Positions 63,233 to 64,000 of a stretch of DNA of 64,000 bases are shown in pieces (positions within the stretch are counted from its first letter, which is position 1; every line of letters begins with the position of its first letter). Source of the DNA: Rhizophagus irregularis (taxonomy: Eukaryota). The translations under genes were made by a program, and so were the position numbers. The notes beneath the pieces are model-generated. The model searched no databases. It was not told where the DNA came from and saw nothing but the letters and a program-made list of their open reading frames with translations. The stretch spans positions 1,054,001 through 1,118,000 of the forward strand of contig NC_089433.1 in NCBI RefSeq assembly GCF_026210795.1. Reading direction: 5' to 3'.

Positions 63233-64000
63233 ATGTTCAAACTTAATAAAGATATTCTTTTTCTAATATTTGAAGAATTGCAAGATGATTCGAAATCTCT
63301 CTTTTCATTCCTAATGGTCAATAGACTTTGGTGTGAAACAGTTATTCCGATTTTATGGAGGAATCCTTGGTGCTATGATATTGATTACAGTAATAAAAAT
63401 TATTTATTTATAATCGTTGCTTCTTATTTGTCTAATAATATTAAAGAATCCCTAACTAGACAAGGAATTCAATTACTGTCAGTTGAATATCAACCACTTT
63501 TGTTTGATTATTTATCTTTCTGTAGAAGTATTAATGTAAATACTTTAAATACTATATCTTCTATTGGATCATCTTTAGCTTATAATCAATTTCTTTTGCA
63601 ACAAGAATTTTATGGTCTCTTTATGAAGAAATTTTCAGAATTAAAGTATTTGGATATGAGATCAATTAGACATCAAATATTTTATTTTCCAGAAGCTAAG
63701 TTTCGCTTCGAATCACTTTGTGAATTAAAATGTGATACATCAGTTGATTCTTCGTATTTTTATGGATTGGCGCATTTATGTCAATATATACAGAGACTCG
63801 TCATTGTTAATACAGACCCAAGTGATTATTATGGGGTTTCTAAATTAATTGAAGTCCAGAAAAATTTAAAATATTTTGGATGGAAGGATGTCCATTCTAT
63901 ATATCGTCTATATCAGCCTGGGTATATTATAGAATCTTACAAACAGATTCTTCTTGCATTAGAAAAAAGTGCGAATATTATCAATCATTTAAATTTAAAC
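63233..64000 (+). CDS. F-box-like/LRR protein, close tandem paralog of 60630-62114; runs off the right edge
   Basis: MFKLNKDILFLIFEELQDDSKSLFSFLMVNRLWCETV...; collinear and highly similar to the preceding gene. Confidence 0.92.
   Translation, partial: MFKLNKDILFLIFEELQDDSKSLFSFLMVNRLWCETVIPILWRNPWCYDIDYSNKNYLFIIVASYLSNNIKESLTRQGIQLLSVEYQPLLFDYLSFCRSINVNTLNTISSIGSSLAYNQFLLQQEFYGLFMKKFSELKYLDMRSIRHQIFYFPEAKFRFESLCELKCDTSVDSSYFYGLAHLCQYIQRLVIVNTDPSDYYGVSKLIEVQKNLKYFGWKDVHSIYRLYQPGYIIESYKQILLALEKSANIINHLNLN

Noticed and set aside
1..64000. tRNA, rRNA or snRNA genes; bacterial or endosymbiont origin of the window
   Set aside because: No cloverleaf or rRNA motifs were recognised by eye (a tRNAscan-SE/Infernal run would be decisive). 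Spliceosomal introns and low gene density indicate a fungal nuclear locus.

Overview
This is very AT-rich, intron-containing eukaryotic DNA. Its gene families (Sel1 repeats, Sel1-TKL kinase, BTB/BACK/TLDc, F-box/LRR-like, HMG-box-like) point to an arbuscular mycorrhizal fungus (Glomeromycota, Rhizophagus-like). That taxonomy is inferred from gene content, not from a marker gene. In order, the window holds: a BTB-SPRY gene running off the left edge; a Sel1-repeat gene; an orphan Cys-rich 686-aa ORF behind a ~58-bp tandem array; a spliced Uma2/DUF820 nuclease-fold gene; a BACK-TLDc relic; a giant (~45-repeat) Sel1-kinase locus broken by a frameshift plus a nearby nonsense codon; a short HMG-box-like ORF; an F-box/LRR-like gene; two relatively GC-rich minisatellites; and a four-copy cluster of six-exon ricin-B-lectin-BTB-BACK-TLDc genes. 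Two copies of that cluster look intact and two are disrupted. Their lectin domain is invisible in the ORF track because it is split over small exons, including a 15-nt micro-exon. A kinase-family relic and two more F-box/LRR-like genes follow, and many MITE/transposon/LINE remnants lie between the genes. All domain calls come from reading motifs by eye; no database search was run.
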